Assembly: GCA_002269645.1 (NCBI GenBank)
Contig: NIVC01000445.1
Span: 496,001-560,000, forward strand
From: Macrostomum lignano
Taxonomy: Eukaryota
Direction of reading: 5' to 3'
DNA length: 64,000 nucleotides
Part shown: piece after piece, positions 1 to 12,357 of the stretch
Numbering within the stretch: the first letter of the stretch is position 1
Layout: each line of letters opens with the position of its first letter
Translations under genes and position numbers: made by a program
Notes under the pieces: model-generated
What the model was told of the DNA's origin: nothing
The model's input: only the letters and a program-made list of their open reading frames with translations
The model's database searches: none

Positions 1-495
1 TGGGTTTGAGATACATCACCCACTCGTATTTCTTATTTATCTCTCCTCTCGCTCCATCTGATCTTTTTCATTCATACCCTCCCTCTCTTGTCTCTCTTCT
101 CTGACCACTCTCTCCCCTCTTCTCTCTCCTCTCGCCTCTATCCCGTTCCGTCCCCGCCCTGCGGTACTGCTCTCTCAGCAAAATAATTTTATGCCAGTCC
201 GCAAGTTTTGTCACAAAGGTTTTTGAAGTTTAAAACAAATTTCAACGATCGATATAAACATGCTCGCATGATTTTTATTTTAAAAAACTTGTTTTGTTAT
301 CGTTGTCAAAACAATTCCATCTGTTATTACGATAATATAACATTGCCCGAAATACCGAGGATAAATCTGCAATAGAACACAATGGATGTTTTTAAGTCCA
401 CGCACTTTGATGGAATCTAAACTCAAAGATAATTCTTTTAAGTTATATATTCTTATTGATTAGGTCACTTTGCTTTAGCAATATAATCAACCAGT

Positions 496-902
496 ATATC
501 AGACAGTCCTAATTCATGTCAAACTGTCAGTTAAACAGTCAGCTAGCATGTCAGACAGTCCTAATTCATGTCAAGTGTCAGTTAAACAGTCAGCTAGCAT
601 GTCAGACAGTCCTAATTCATGTCAAGTGTCAGTTAAACAGTCAGCTAGCATGTCAGACAGTCCTAATTCATGTCAAGTGTCAGTTAAACAGTCAGCTAGC
701 ATATCAGACAATCCTAATTCATGTCAAACTGTCAGTTAAACAGTCAGCTAGCATATCAGACAGTCCTAATTCATGTCAAACTGTCAGTTAAATAGTCAGC
801 TAGCATATCAGACAGTCCTGATTCATGTCAAACTGTCAGTTAAATAGTCAGCTAGCATGTCAGACAGTCCTGATTCATGTCAAACTGTCAGTTACATAGT
901 CA
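496..902. repeat. Minisatellite, 51/52-bp unit, about 8 copies
   Basis: Unit atgtcagacagtcctaattcatgtcaa(g/ac)tgtcagttaaacagtcagctagc read directly; it produces the 17-aa periodic ORFs at 516-791. Confidence 0.95.
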
Positions 903-1352
903 AGATAGTTTGTCAGAATCTTTTTTTGTTTGAGTGAAAATGTCAGGAAAACCTTGAAGGATTTCGAACGTCAAAATAGAGATTGCAATCAGCTTCACTC
1001 TCTCCTAGAAGAAGACTTACTCAGTTTTCTCTCTGCTGAACTTCAGTAACAACCGCGCTTTACCCAAACAGTTGGGAATGAAAAAAGTAGTTTTTTTCTC
1101 CGAAGCCCCTCTGCGGCAACTGGGGAACCCGCCTGTATGGCTGAAATGAAGTCGCAGTCACGCTTCGCTGCACCAATTCATTCGATTTAGTTACTCTATT
1201 TTCGAAGCCTTTGATCAGTGGAACTCTATTGAAGCCTACAGGTAGATCTGTAGGATCTGCTGCTGATGTTTTCTCCCGTTTTGCTGCTGCATTAATTAGT
1301 TATTTCATTTTAGTGCTTTCTTTTCTCTTATTTCTCTGATGTATTTTTAAGT

Positions 1353-1620
1353 GGGTTGTAGCCTATAGCGGTAGGAGCGTCGTACTCACGACTTGAAGGT
1401 TGGAGGTTCGATTCCTTGAGCAAGACACTTTACTCTGCATTGTTTCAGTTTACCCAGCTGTTAAATGGGTGCCAGCATTAGCTGGGGTAATTGAGGCTGT
1501 GTGTGGCGACCCCCCAATCCTTGGACTGAACAGCCGTACGCAGCCTTCAGATGCGCCGCGCAATAGCTGCGGCTGAGCTGTCGGTCGCTCATCTGCACAT
1601 TGGGGCAGGTGTAATCAGTT
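1353..1620 (+). mobile_element. tRNA-derived SINE with CORE-like central domain
   Basis: A-box-like tagcctatagcgg (~1359) and B-box ggttcgattcc (1405-1415). These are followed by ccttgagcaagacactttactctgcattgtttcagtttacccagctgttaaatggg (1414-1469), which aligns by eye with the MIR/CORE consensus CCTTGGGCAAGTCACTTAAC...CAGTTTCCTCATCTGTAAAATGGG. The 3' end is approximate. Confidence 0.65.
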
Positions 1621-2104
1621 AGTATTTTTAACTTTGTCGGCTTCGGCTTGACATATTCACAAAACGAGGAGGATGGCAGTTTTTACAAAGACCTAAAACG
1701 AAATTTTAGCTTCCGCAAAGACCCGAAATGCAGTTTTAGCTTCTAAATAAAAGATTTATAGTGGCCACTCCCTCTGAAACGTCTGCTAAAACTCTATTTC
1801 AGCTCTTTGAAAAAAAGCAAATTTTTCTTTTTAGGTTTTCATCAATCCAGATGAACTTTAGTGTCGTTAAAAACTAAGTGAGTTATTTCAAAAATCAAGA
1901 ACAAAAGCGGGGGCTCAAGTTCAAACTACTGTATTGTTGTATATGACATTGCATTAGGGTGGGTTGAGTGCAGATAAGAAAAGGAGGTGGGGAGTGCGCG
2001 ACTGAGGAAACAGGCGAGATTGAAGAGCCAATCAGAGGGCAGCGAGGGAAAGAAATGCGAATAACAAGACTAGATAGACATGAGGGAGCGAAAACAGAGT
2101 AAAG

Positions 2105-2270
2105 CAGGGGTCCGCAAACTTCAGCGAAGCCTCTCTGTCCGCCCTCGAGTCTTTAAAAAAACTTTACTACAATGGCAATCCGGCCAGCTCAATGTCTTGT
2201 CTCAGCTCTTCTCTCCTCGCTCCCCTCTTCTCTCATCCCAAATCTTATCTCATCTTCTCATCCTCTCAGT
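2105..2270 (+). mobile_element. hAT-like non-autonomous element, 5' fragment
   Basis: Starts caggggtccgcaaacttc, a hAT-type terminus. A related copy begins at 21484. No partner TIR found. Confidence 0.5.
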
Positions 2271-2674
2271 GAGGACTAAAAGACCAAAGATCCCTTACGA
2301 GAAAGTAGAGTTGGGGTCGGAGTTTTCGGGGTTTTGCACACTTTTAAGTTTGTTTTCAGCCAGTCCATTATTTTACAAAAAACTAATTTTTGTGAATCAT
2401 AATGCACCAGCCTTCAATATTAATTTGAAAATACGAATTATTCATATCAACATACAGCTTTATGTAATTACGAGCTTTGTACATAGCAGTTGTTTTATGA
2501 CTGACTTACTGCTATCTAAACCTGGCATTTCCATTTTTCATTATTTATTTATTTTTTAAATGAGTGACCAATTTAGTGTTTGCAGCTAGGTACCGGGTTC
2601 GGGGTTTGGGGTTCTTGAAAAAAATAGCCATCTCGAACAACCCTCTTAACTAACTGCCTTGATATATTTTACCT

Positions 2675-4003
2675 GGGTCTACGACGTTTGCCTGCCGACG
2701 TTTGCTGCAGCCGACGTTTGCCAGCCGACGTTTGCCTGCGGGACGTTGTTGGCCAGCTTGACTTTGCAGGCGGCAATTGGTTAAAGAAGTACGCCCTCTC
2801 TTAGGCTTACATGTACTTGCATTTAAAAACTGTGGACATAGCACTAATCTAATTCCACCTTGCTCCCTACACTGCTATTAAATATACGGGTTACTAACAA
2901 ACTACTGTTCAGGCTTATTGAAGTTATTGCTCTTTTCTGCCTAAATAGGAAGATAAAAATACAAAATAGGAGTTTCCATTGTCACAGTTGATGTCTATGT
3001 ATGCCATGGAATGGCCCTTTCCATCTCAGTGGCCAAACAAGCTAAGTGTTTACAAGCTAAAGGGAGCACGAGAATTGCCCGCAGACGAATTGCCCGCCGA
3101 GATTTGCCCGCAGGAGATTTGCCTGTGGAGATTTGCCCGCCGAGCTTTTCCCGCGGAGATTTGCCCGCAGTGCAATTTGCCGCGAGCGAGTTGCCCTCGA
3201 CTGAGACTGAGACATCCATAATGGTATTGGCCTAGTCTCGTCTATATATACTTAACTCAAATTAAGTATAATTCAAAAGCCAAACTCTGCTTAACGGAGA
3301 TTGGCCATGACAGCGTGCACTTGACAAGCTGCATTGGAATTTATTCGCTTACTTTTGGATCTCCCAATGAACTGAAAATAAATATAGGCTCGTATAAGCC
3401 AGAACTATCGTTCAGCAGGTCTTTTATTTGCTCAAAACTTGGCTCGCTGGAGATTCCCGTTTAAATTTGCGTGTCTTCATTCGCAAATCAAGAATCAAAC
3501 ATCTCAAACTGAGAAAAGCAATACAAAGCTGTCAGAAATAAAATTTATAATATTTTCACATTCAAAGAAATTATTGTTAAACTAGATGCTAGATTGATGA
3601 ACTGCACAATTTGTATAGATTTTGTTTTCGAACTTTTATACATGCGAATAACCGTCAAAAAGTTGGACTAAAAACCGCTAAACTACGAATATTTCAGCAT
3701 CAAATTTTTCACTCACTGACTTAATGCTGGCTAGCAAACGTCGGCTGGCAAACGTCGGCTGGCAAACGTCGGCTGGCAAACGTCGGCTGGCAAACGTCGG
3801 CTGGCAAACGTCGGCTGGCAAACGTCGGCTGGCAAACGTCGGCTGGCAAACGTCGGCTGGCAAACGTCGGCTGGCAAACGTCGGCTGGCAAACGTCGGCT
3901 GGCAAACGTCGGCTGGCAAACGTCGGCTGGCAAACGTCGGCTGGCAAACGTCGGCTGGCAAACGTCCTGCAGACAAACGTCGGCTGGCAAACGTCGCTAT
4001 CCC
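2675..4003. mobile_element. Non-autonomous Mutator-like (MULE/foldback) DNA transposon, 1329 bp
   Basis: Identical 9-bp direct repeat attttacct at 2666-2674 and 4004-4012. Termini are GGGTCTACGACGTTTGCC and the reverse complement of GGGATAGCGACGTTTGCC. The TIRs are built from a 14-bp unit (cgacgtttgccagc; about 5 degenerate copies left, about 19 right). No ORF. Confidence 0.85.
3062..3196 (+). repeat. Degenerate ~15-bp tandem repeat (gagatttgcccgcag), probable orphan MULE-type TIR
   Basis: Begins GGGAGCACGAGAATTGCCCGC, followed by about 8 variant units. It lies inside the 2675-4003 element. Confidence 0.55.
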
Positions 4004-4519
4004 ATTTTACCTATTGCTTCAAGAAGATAGAGATACAGTATAAAATATAATAAAAACTTCATCACAGACATAAAAAAAGCTACAATGCAACCGGCCCCAA
4101 TGTTTTACATTAGTATCATTTAAATGCTCACAGTTTGCAAGTAAAATCGTCCGTCTAATGAACATTCTTCGGTACAATCAAATTAAATCAAGAGCTGAGA
4201 TGATTTCTTAGAATACACTGCGATGTTGCCCAGACTACTGTTGCATGTCAGATCCGAGAACGGAGACAGACAGCAGACAGAGCACTACGAGTATCAGAGC
4301 ACTTTAAAAATACATATTAACTGTCTGTTTCTCACTCTCGCTCCGGCGCTCTCTCCTAGTCTGCTATTGACGGCTGCTATATTATCCTTTTGCTGCCATA
4401 GGCGGCCGCGTCAGGAACATTTTAATGAAAATTTTCACTATGCTGCAGTCAACTATGAGTGAAGAGGGTTGGATGTCCGGAAGCAGAATGAGTGACGCTT
4501 TACTGAGAATTGGGAAGAA

Positions 4520-7500
4520 CCGTAGATTAAGACAGACCTATCTTCTTCTACCGTAGATTAAGACAGACCTATCTTCTTCTACCGTAGATTAAGACAGACC
4601 CATCTTCTTCTACCGTAGATTAAGACAGACCTATCTTCTTCTACCATAGATTAAGACAGACCTATCTTCTTCTACCATAGATTAAGACAGACCTATCTTC
4701 TTCTACCGTAGATTAAGACAGACCCATCTTCTTCTACCGTAGATTAAGACAGACCCATCTTCTTCTACCGTAGATTAAGACAGACCTATCTTCTTCTACC
4801 GTAGATTAAGACAGACCTATCTTCTTCTACCGTAGATTAAGACAGACCTATCTTCTTCTACCGTAGATTAAGACAGACCTATCTTCTTCTACCATAGATT
4901 AAGACAGACCTATCTTCTTCTACCGTAGATTAAGACAGACCCATCTTCTTCTACCGTAGATTAAGACAGACCCATCTTCTTCTACCGTAGATTAGGACAG
5001 ACCCATCTTCTTCTTCCGTAGATTAAGACAGACCCATCTTCTTCTACCGTAGATTAAGACAGACCCATCTTCTTCTACCGTAGATTAAGACAGACCCATC
5101 TTCTATCGTAGGTTAAGACAGACCCATCTTCTATCGTAGATTAAGACAGACCCATCTTCTATCGTAGATTAAGGCAGACCCATCTTCTATCGTAGGTTAA
5201 GACAGACCCATCTTCTATCGTAGATTAAGGCAGACCCATCTTCTATCGTAGGTTAAGACAGACCCATCTTCTTCTACCGTAGATTAAGACAGACCCATCT
5301 TCTTCTACCATAGATTAAGACAGACCCATCTTCTTCTACCGTAGATTAAGACAGACCCATCTTCTTCTTCCGTAGATTAAGACAGACCCATCTTCTTCTT
5401 CCGTAGATTAAGGCAGACGCATCTTCTTCTACCGTAGATTAAGGCAGACGCATCTTCTTCTACCGTAGATTAAGACAGACCCATCTTTTTCTACCGTAGA
5501 TTAAGACAGATCCATCTTCTTCTACCGTAGATTAAGGCAGACGCATCTTCTTCTACCGTAGATTAAGACAGACCCATCTTCTTCTACCATAGATTAAGAC
5601 AGACCCATCTTCTTCTACCGTAGATTAAGACAGACCCATCTTCTATCGTAGGTTAAGACAGACCCATCTTCTTCTACCGTAGATTAAGACAGACCTATCT
5701 TCTTCTACCGTAGATTAAGACAGACCCATCTTCTTCTACCGTAGATTAAGACAGACCCATCTTCTATCGTAGGTTAAGACAGACCCATCTTCTTCTACCG
5801 TAGATTAAGACAGACCCATCTTTTTCTACCGTAGATTAAGACAGACCCATCTTCTTCTACCGTAGATTAAGACAGACCCATCTTCTTCTACCGTAGATTA
5901 AGGCAGACCCATCTTCTATCGTAGGTTAAGACAGACCCATCTTCTATCGTAGGTTAAGACAGACCCATCTTCTATGGTAGATTAAGGCAGACCCATCTTC
6001 TATCGTAGGTTAAGAAAGACCCATCTTCTATCGTAGATTAAGACAGACCCATCTTCTTCTACCGTAAATTAAGACAGACCCATCTTCTTCTACCGTAGAT
6101 TAAGGCAGACGCATCTTCTTCTACCGTAGATTAAGACAGACCCATCTTCTTCTACCGTAGATTAAGACAGACCCATCTTCTTCTACCGTATATTAAGACA
6201 GACCCATCTTCTATCGTAGGTTAAGAAAGACCCATCTTCTATCGTAGATTAAGACAGACCCATCTTCTTCTACCGTAGATTAAGACAGACCCATCTTCTT
6301 CTACCGTAGATTAAGACAGACCCATCTTCTTCTACCGTAGATTAAGACAGACCTATCTTCTTCTACCGTAGATTAAGGCAGACCCATCTTCTATCGTAGG
6401 TTAAGACAGACCCATCTTCTATCGTAGATTAAGACAGACCCATCTTCTTCTACCGTAGATTAAGACAGACCCATCTTCTTCTACCGTAGATTAAGGCAGA
6501 CCCATCTTCTATCGTAGGTTAAGACAGACCCATCTTCTATCGTAGATTAAGACAGACCCATCTTCTATCGTAGATTAAGGCAGACCCATCTTCTATCGTA
6601 GGTTAAGACAGACCCATCTTCTTCTACCGTAGATTAAGACAGACCCATCTTCTTCTACCGTAGATTAAGACAGACCCATCTTCTTCTTCCTTAGATTAAG
6701 ACAGACCCATCTTCTTCTTCCGTAGATTAAGGCAGACGCATCTTCTTCTACCGTAGATTAAGACAGACCCATCTTCTTCTACCATAGATTAAGACAGACC
6801 CATCTTCTTCTACCGTAGATTAAGACAGACCCATCTTCTATCGTAGGTTAAGACAGACCCATCTTCTTCTACCGTAGATTAAGACAGACCCATCTTCTTC
6901 TACCGTAGATTAAGACAGACCCATCTTCTTCTACCGTAGATTAAGACAGACCCATCTTCTATCGTAGGTTAAGACAGACCCATCTTCTTCTACCGTAGAT
7001 TAAGACAGACCCATCTTTTTCTACCGTAGATTAAGACAGACCCATCTTCTTCTACCGTAGATTAAGACAGACCCATCTTCTTCTACCGTAGATTAAGGCA
7101 GACCCATCTTCTATCGTAGGTTAAGACAGACCCATCTTCTATCGTAGATTAAGGCAGACCCATCTTCTATCGTAGATTAAGACAGACCCATCTTCTATCG
7201 TAGATTAAGGCAGACCCATCTTCTATCGTAGGTTAAGACAGACCCATCTTCTATGGTAGATTAAGGCAGACCCATCTTCTATCGTAGGTTAAGAAAGACC
7301 CATCTTCTATCGTAGATTAAGACAGACCCATCTTCTTCTACCGTAGATTAAGACAGACCCATCTTTTTCTACCGTAGATTAAGACAGACCCATCTTTTTC
7401 TACCGTAGATTAAGACAGACCCATCTTCTTCTACCGTAGATTAAGACAGACCCATCTTCTTCTACCGTAGATTAAGACAGACCCATCTTCTTCTACCGTA

Positions 7501-7911
7501 GATTAAGACAGACCCATCTTCTTCTACCGTAGATTAAGACAGACCCATCTTCTTCTACCGTAGATTAAGACAGACCCATCTTCTTCTACCGTAGATTAAG
7601 ACAGACCCATCTTCTTCTACCGTAGATTAAGACAGACCCATCTTCTATCGTAGATTAAGACAGACCCATCTTTTTCTACCGTAGATTAAGACAGACCCAT
7701 CTTCTTCTACCGTAGATTAAGACAGACCCATCTTCTTCTACCGTAGATTAAGACAGACCCATCTTCTTCTACCGTAGATTAAGACAGACCCATCTTCTTC
7801 TACCGTAGATTAAGACAGACCCATCTTCTTCTACCGTAGATTAAGACAGACCCATCTTCTTCTACCGTAGATTAAGACAGACCCATCTTCTTCTACCGTA
7901 GATTAAGACAG
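4520..7911 (+). repeat. Minisatellite, 31-bp unit (28-bp variant), about 110 copies
   Basis: Unit ccgtagattaagacagacccatcttcttcta; the short variant is tcgtag(a/g)ttaagacagacccatcttcta. Confidence 0.98.
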
Positions 7912-8355
7912 TCCATCACCCTGGGATAGGTATCTGACAGGCCCTCTAGTTCTGATAATTGCAAGACATTTTTTTTCGAACTTATTTATCGCTTTTTGAC
8001 GTTGGATCGACGAGCTAAATACAGTGTTTTATTTATTCGGTACAGAAGTTCGTCACTAGGCATGGGTGTTTAACGGGTTGCGCCAAGTCCAGCCCTCTGA
8101 AAATCAATGAAAGAAAAAAGTGAGGAAGTAGGAGTTGAAAAACCAGCAACGCAATGGTGCCAAGTTTATTAGGGATTAGCAAGAAATTGAAAAAAAAAAT
8201 CAAACCAAAATCCCTGCCGTAAGGGAGTGGGTAACCGAATTAACGGATTTGACTTTGGATCGATCACAGCTATGAGTTGGTCGAATTGCTCACCAACAGA
8301 AAATACAACTGCTTCCAGTTATAAGAGTGTACTTTGAACACCGATTGAAAAATAA

Positions 8356-8666
8356 TAGAAGAAGATCTGTCTTAATCTACGGTAGAAGAAGATGGGTCTG
8401 TCTTAATCTACGGTAGAAGAAGATGGGTCTGCCTTAATCTACGGTAGAAGAAGATGGGTCTGCCTTAATCTACGGTAGAAGAAGATGGGTCTGTCTTAAT
8501 CTACGGTAGAAGAAGATGGGTCTGTCTTAATCTACGGTAGAAGAAGATGGGTCTGCCTTAATCTACGGTAGAAGAAGATGGGTCTGTCTTAATCTACGGT
8601 AAAAGAAGATGGGTCTGTCTTAATCTACGATAGAAGAAGATGGGTCTGTCTTATTTTAATCTAAGG
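8356..8666 (-). repeat. Inverted copy of the 31-bp minisatellite, about 10 copies
   Basis: tagaagaagatgggtctgtcttaatctacgg is the exact reverse complement of the 4520-7911 unit. Confidence 0.97.
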
Positions 8667-9293
8667 TAGCTAGAAAATTGACTTAACCCAGAATGATATG
8701 GTTTTGAAAATCGCTAATACGAGTATATTGTTGACTTAAGACAGGCTATAGCTCAAGGCGCATTGTTTCAGCCAGCATTGATCAGCAATCAGGCATTGAA
8801 ATTGATGAGCTTGAAATGAAAGCATTTTAACTATCTCGTACTTGAATAGAATTGAATTGTTTCATAATTTGTTATAGCTTTGGCATTGATATTCGCGCTG
8901 AAGAGAAAATAAAGGGAAGTCTTGGAAATAAAACATGAATGAATTCAATGCAACAGTGGGCCATTCAATAAGGAAAAATGGTTGGTGCGTATTCAAAAGA
9001 TGCATATGTATTTAGGGAGCTTTCTAGTAAACTGTTATTGAGCTCGCTTTAACCGCCAGCAGTCTCATGGTAAGCAGTGCTTACCACACTGACACTCCAA
9101 GCCTAGCCTAAACTAGGATAGCCTAAACTTAGGCTAGCCAAACCTAGCCTAAGCCTATCCAAGCCTAAACTTTCGCGAGTGAGGAAGTCTCTATAAGTCT
9201 ATGGCTGGCCACAGGCCGTTCCGGTCGGCTATGGTAAGCAGAGCTTGCCATAGAATTGAAGTTAGGAAAATCAGATTGAGCAGCTCTTCAAAA

Positions 9294-9897
<604 letters not shown>

Positions 9898-10331
9898 TCA
9901 GCCATTAGGGGTCATGGACAAATATTTATTCAAAAAGGAACTAGCTTTACTTTATCCTTCCAAATAAAAATTAGTCATTTGCCTTTTATACCGCAGTTGG
10001 TTGAAATCTGCTACAGATCATTCACGGTCTGGAAACAACTCGACTGAGAAAAAATCATACGAAAAATATTTTAACAAAGTAAAACAAAAGTAAGCAGATC
10101 GTACAGATCGTACATTTAGATGCAAAAGTACTCCAAAACGCAGAAAAGAACATTGTGATATGTGTTTAGATAACTTTAAACTTTAAATAAACATAATAAC
10201 TCAGTAAACATACAAACTACATTAAAATATACTGACTTGCATTATATTTTGACTAAGCAATAAGTTCGAGTGAACAGGTTGCCTTCGAATAGATTCATTA
10301 AGGCAGACTTAGTCCAAATCGCAGTCGAAGA

Positions 10332-12010
10332 TCAGGAATGCCACTGCTGAAAGCAGGCTTCCAAGCAGAGCCCCGGTTCCCCTGGACACTCAGGGCAGCA
10401 GTAGATCGTGCGCTTGCTGCTTCCAGCTCTGTAGCAGACACGACAGCGCTTTGTTGGTCTTGGCTGACTGTCCCGCGCCACAATCTTCGTTGGAAAGTGC
10501 GAACAGACTGGGCCACCTGGAGCGGCCTGGATGCCAGCGGCCGGGCGCTTCCTGCTCGTTCCGGTACGCTCCACCAGCTCCCGAATGCTGGCCTCAAGAA
10601 ACTTGGCGAAGGTCTTCTCTCCACCGCAGCGGCTGTACACAATCCAAGCGTTGCGAATCATTTGAAGAAAAAGATGCAAGCCGAGCTTCAAAAACCACTT
10701 TGTAGTTTTCCTCCCTGGCAGATGAGGCTGTAGATGACTGTCCATTCTGTCAACACCACCCATGCACCGATTGTAGGTGAGAACTGACCTGCTCTTCTGC
10801 ACCACTGTTTCTGCTCCTCCACGAACCACGCGTCTGGTTTGAACCCTCTCAGCCGCCTCTTTCGTGTCCAGCAAATACAGAGTCTTCAGGCCACTCTCCT
10901 TTCGTTCAACGATCTCACCCCGTCTTTGCGCATGAAGGCGACGTCGTTAGGTGGAACGTGCAGCTGTCTGAGCTCAATCGGCACACCTCGGTCGGCCCGG
11001 ACGGTACAAGTCAGGTGCGTTCCTTGAGTCAGCAGGTACTCTGACAGCCGATAGGAACCGAACCATTTATCGACAAAGATGCAGTAGCCTTGGTGCAACA
11101 AGTTGTAGTAGAGCTCAACAACAATCTTCTCGCTGAAGGAGAGATTGTCTCCCTGCAACTGTTCATCGAACCGGCGGTTCTCCTCTGGGGTCGAGTGAAC
11201 GCGGAAGTTGTACAGGTAGCCTGATTTGGCCTCACATGCACAATATAGCTTTATTCCGTACTTAGCCCGCTTCGTTGGAATATATTGCTTAAAGCGCAGG
11301 CGACCTTTGTACAGCACCAAAGACTCATCCACGCTCACATCCTCCTCGGGCCTGTACACATTAAAACAAGCCTCTTTCAAAGCCTGCAGCAACGGACGGA
11401 TCTTAAAGAGAGGATCGTTGACAATCGGATCCTCAGCGCAATCGTAGAGACGGAGCAGACCAAGTAGCTGCTTGAAGCGGTCCCTAGAGAGAGCTTGAGG
11501 TGCTTGAAAGTACGGCGTACTGTAGTAACTGTCTGTGCTCCAGTACTCGTTCATTTCGGCCTTTTTATTGGAACCCATGTAAAGGCACATTCCTAACACT
11601 TTCTTTACTTCATTCGCACTGCAATCTCTCCATTGCGCAAAACTCCGAGGCAGGTCGTCGACATTGACAGAGTGGATCGCCGCCCAGGCTCTTCGATTAG
11701 TCCATTTTGCCAGGTCTTCGAAAAGGCTATTGGACAAAAAAAGACCGAGAAAAAAGGACGTTGCCTGCTCAACATCACCAGGTACGCAAATTCCTGGATT
11801 CAGTCCAGGTGTCCCTAGAAACTCGTGCACATTCGCTTGCACATCATGCCCAGCAACTACAGAATGCCAAGACAGCTCTTCCGTCTCTTCGGCAGTGCTC
11901 TGGCCGTCCGACTCACCATAATCGTCCTCTGACATGATGTCTTCTTCTTCATCGGACGTCATTAAGTCCGAATCGGAAAAGCTTTCAAATTCTTCCATGA
12001 GTGCAGCCAT
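10332..12010 (-). pseudogene. piggyBac transposase (PGBD4-like, DDE_Tnp_1_7), split by one frameshift near 10905-10925
   Basis: ORF 10886-12010 has an acidic N-terminus, SVDESLVLYKGR (D1), KRAKYGIKLY and FVDKWF (D2). ORF 10332-10874 has YNRCMGGVDRMD (D3) and the C-terminal cysteine-rich domain CRVC..CPEC..GLC..CFQQWH. The second frame is open back to GEIVERKESGLKTLYLLDT. Confidence 0.9.
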
Positions 12011-12306
12011 AACCTTCAGCTGTAAAATTTTCTATGTTAGTTTATGGAGACTTAGTTTTGGGCCTTATTTCATAGTCAATGTCTTTTTATCAGACTGGAA
12101 TGACCACAGACTTAGCAAACCATTCTGCTGAAGGGAATAGTCTATGGTAAGCGCTGCTTACCATCCGACCGGAACGGAGATGAATAAAATCCTCTTCAGT
12201 TCGGAAGAGGTTTAAGCGACTCATCCTAATGATTAGTTTACAGGCACTCTAGATGATCGTTTTAATTATTAAAATTAAGAATTTAATTAAAAAATACGAT
12301 AGCCAT

Positions 12307-12357
12307 CGTGGGGGCGCCATCGTGGGGCGCCATCGTGGGGCGCCATCGTGGGGCGCG
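12307..12357. repeat. 13-bp tandem repeat cgtggggcgccat x4
   Basis: Read directly. Confidence 0.8.

Noticed and set aside
1353-1415. Functional tRNA gene (also 41392-41460)
   Set aside because: A/B boxes are present but I found no complete acceptor stem or cloverleaf; the first runs directly into a SINE core.
4503-8698. A defined foldback transposon bounded by GGG (4512) and CCC (8689)
   Set aside because: The ends are not inverted copies, and the flanks (ctgagaatt versus agaatgata) do not form a TSD.
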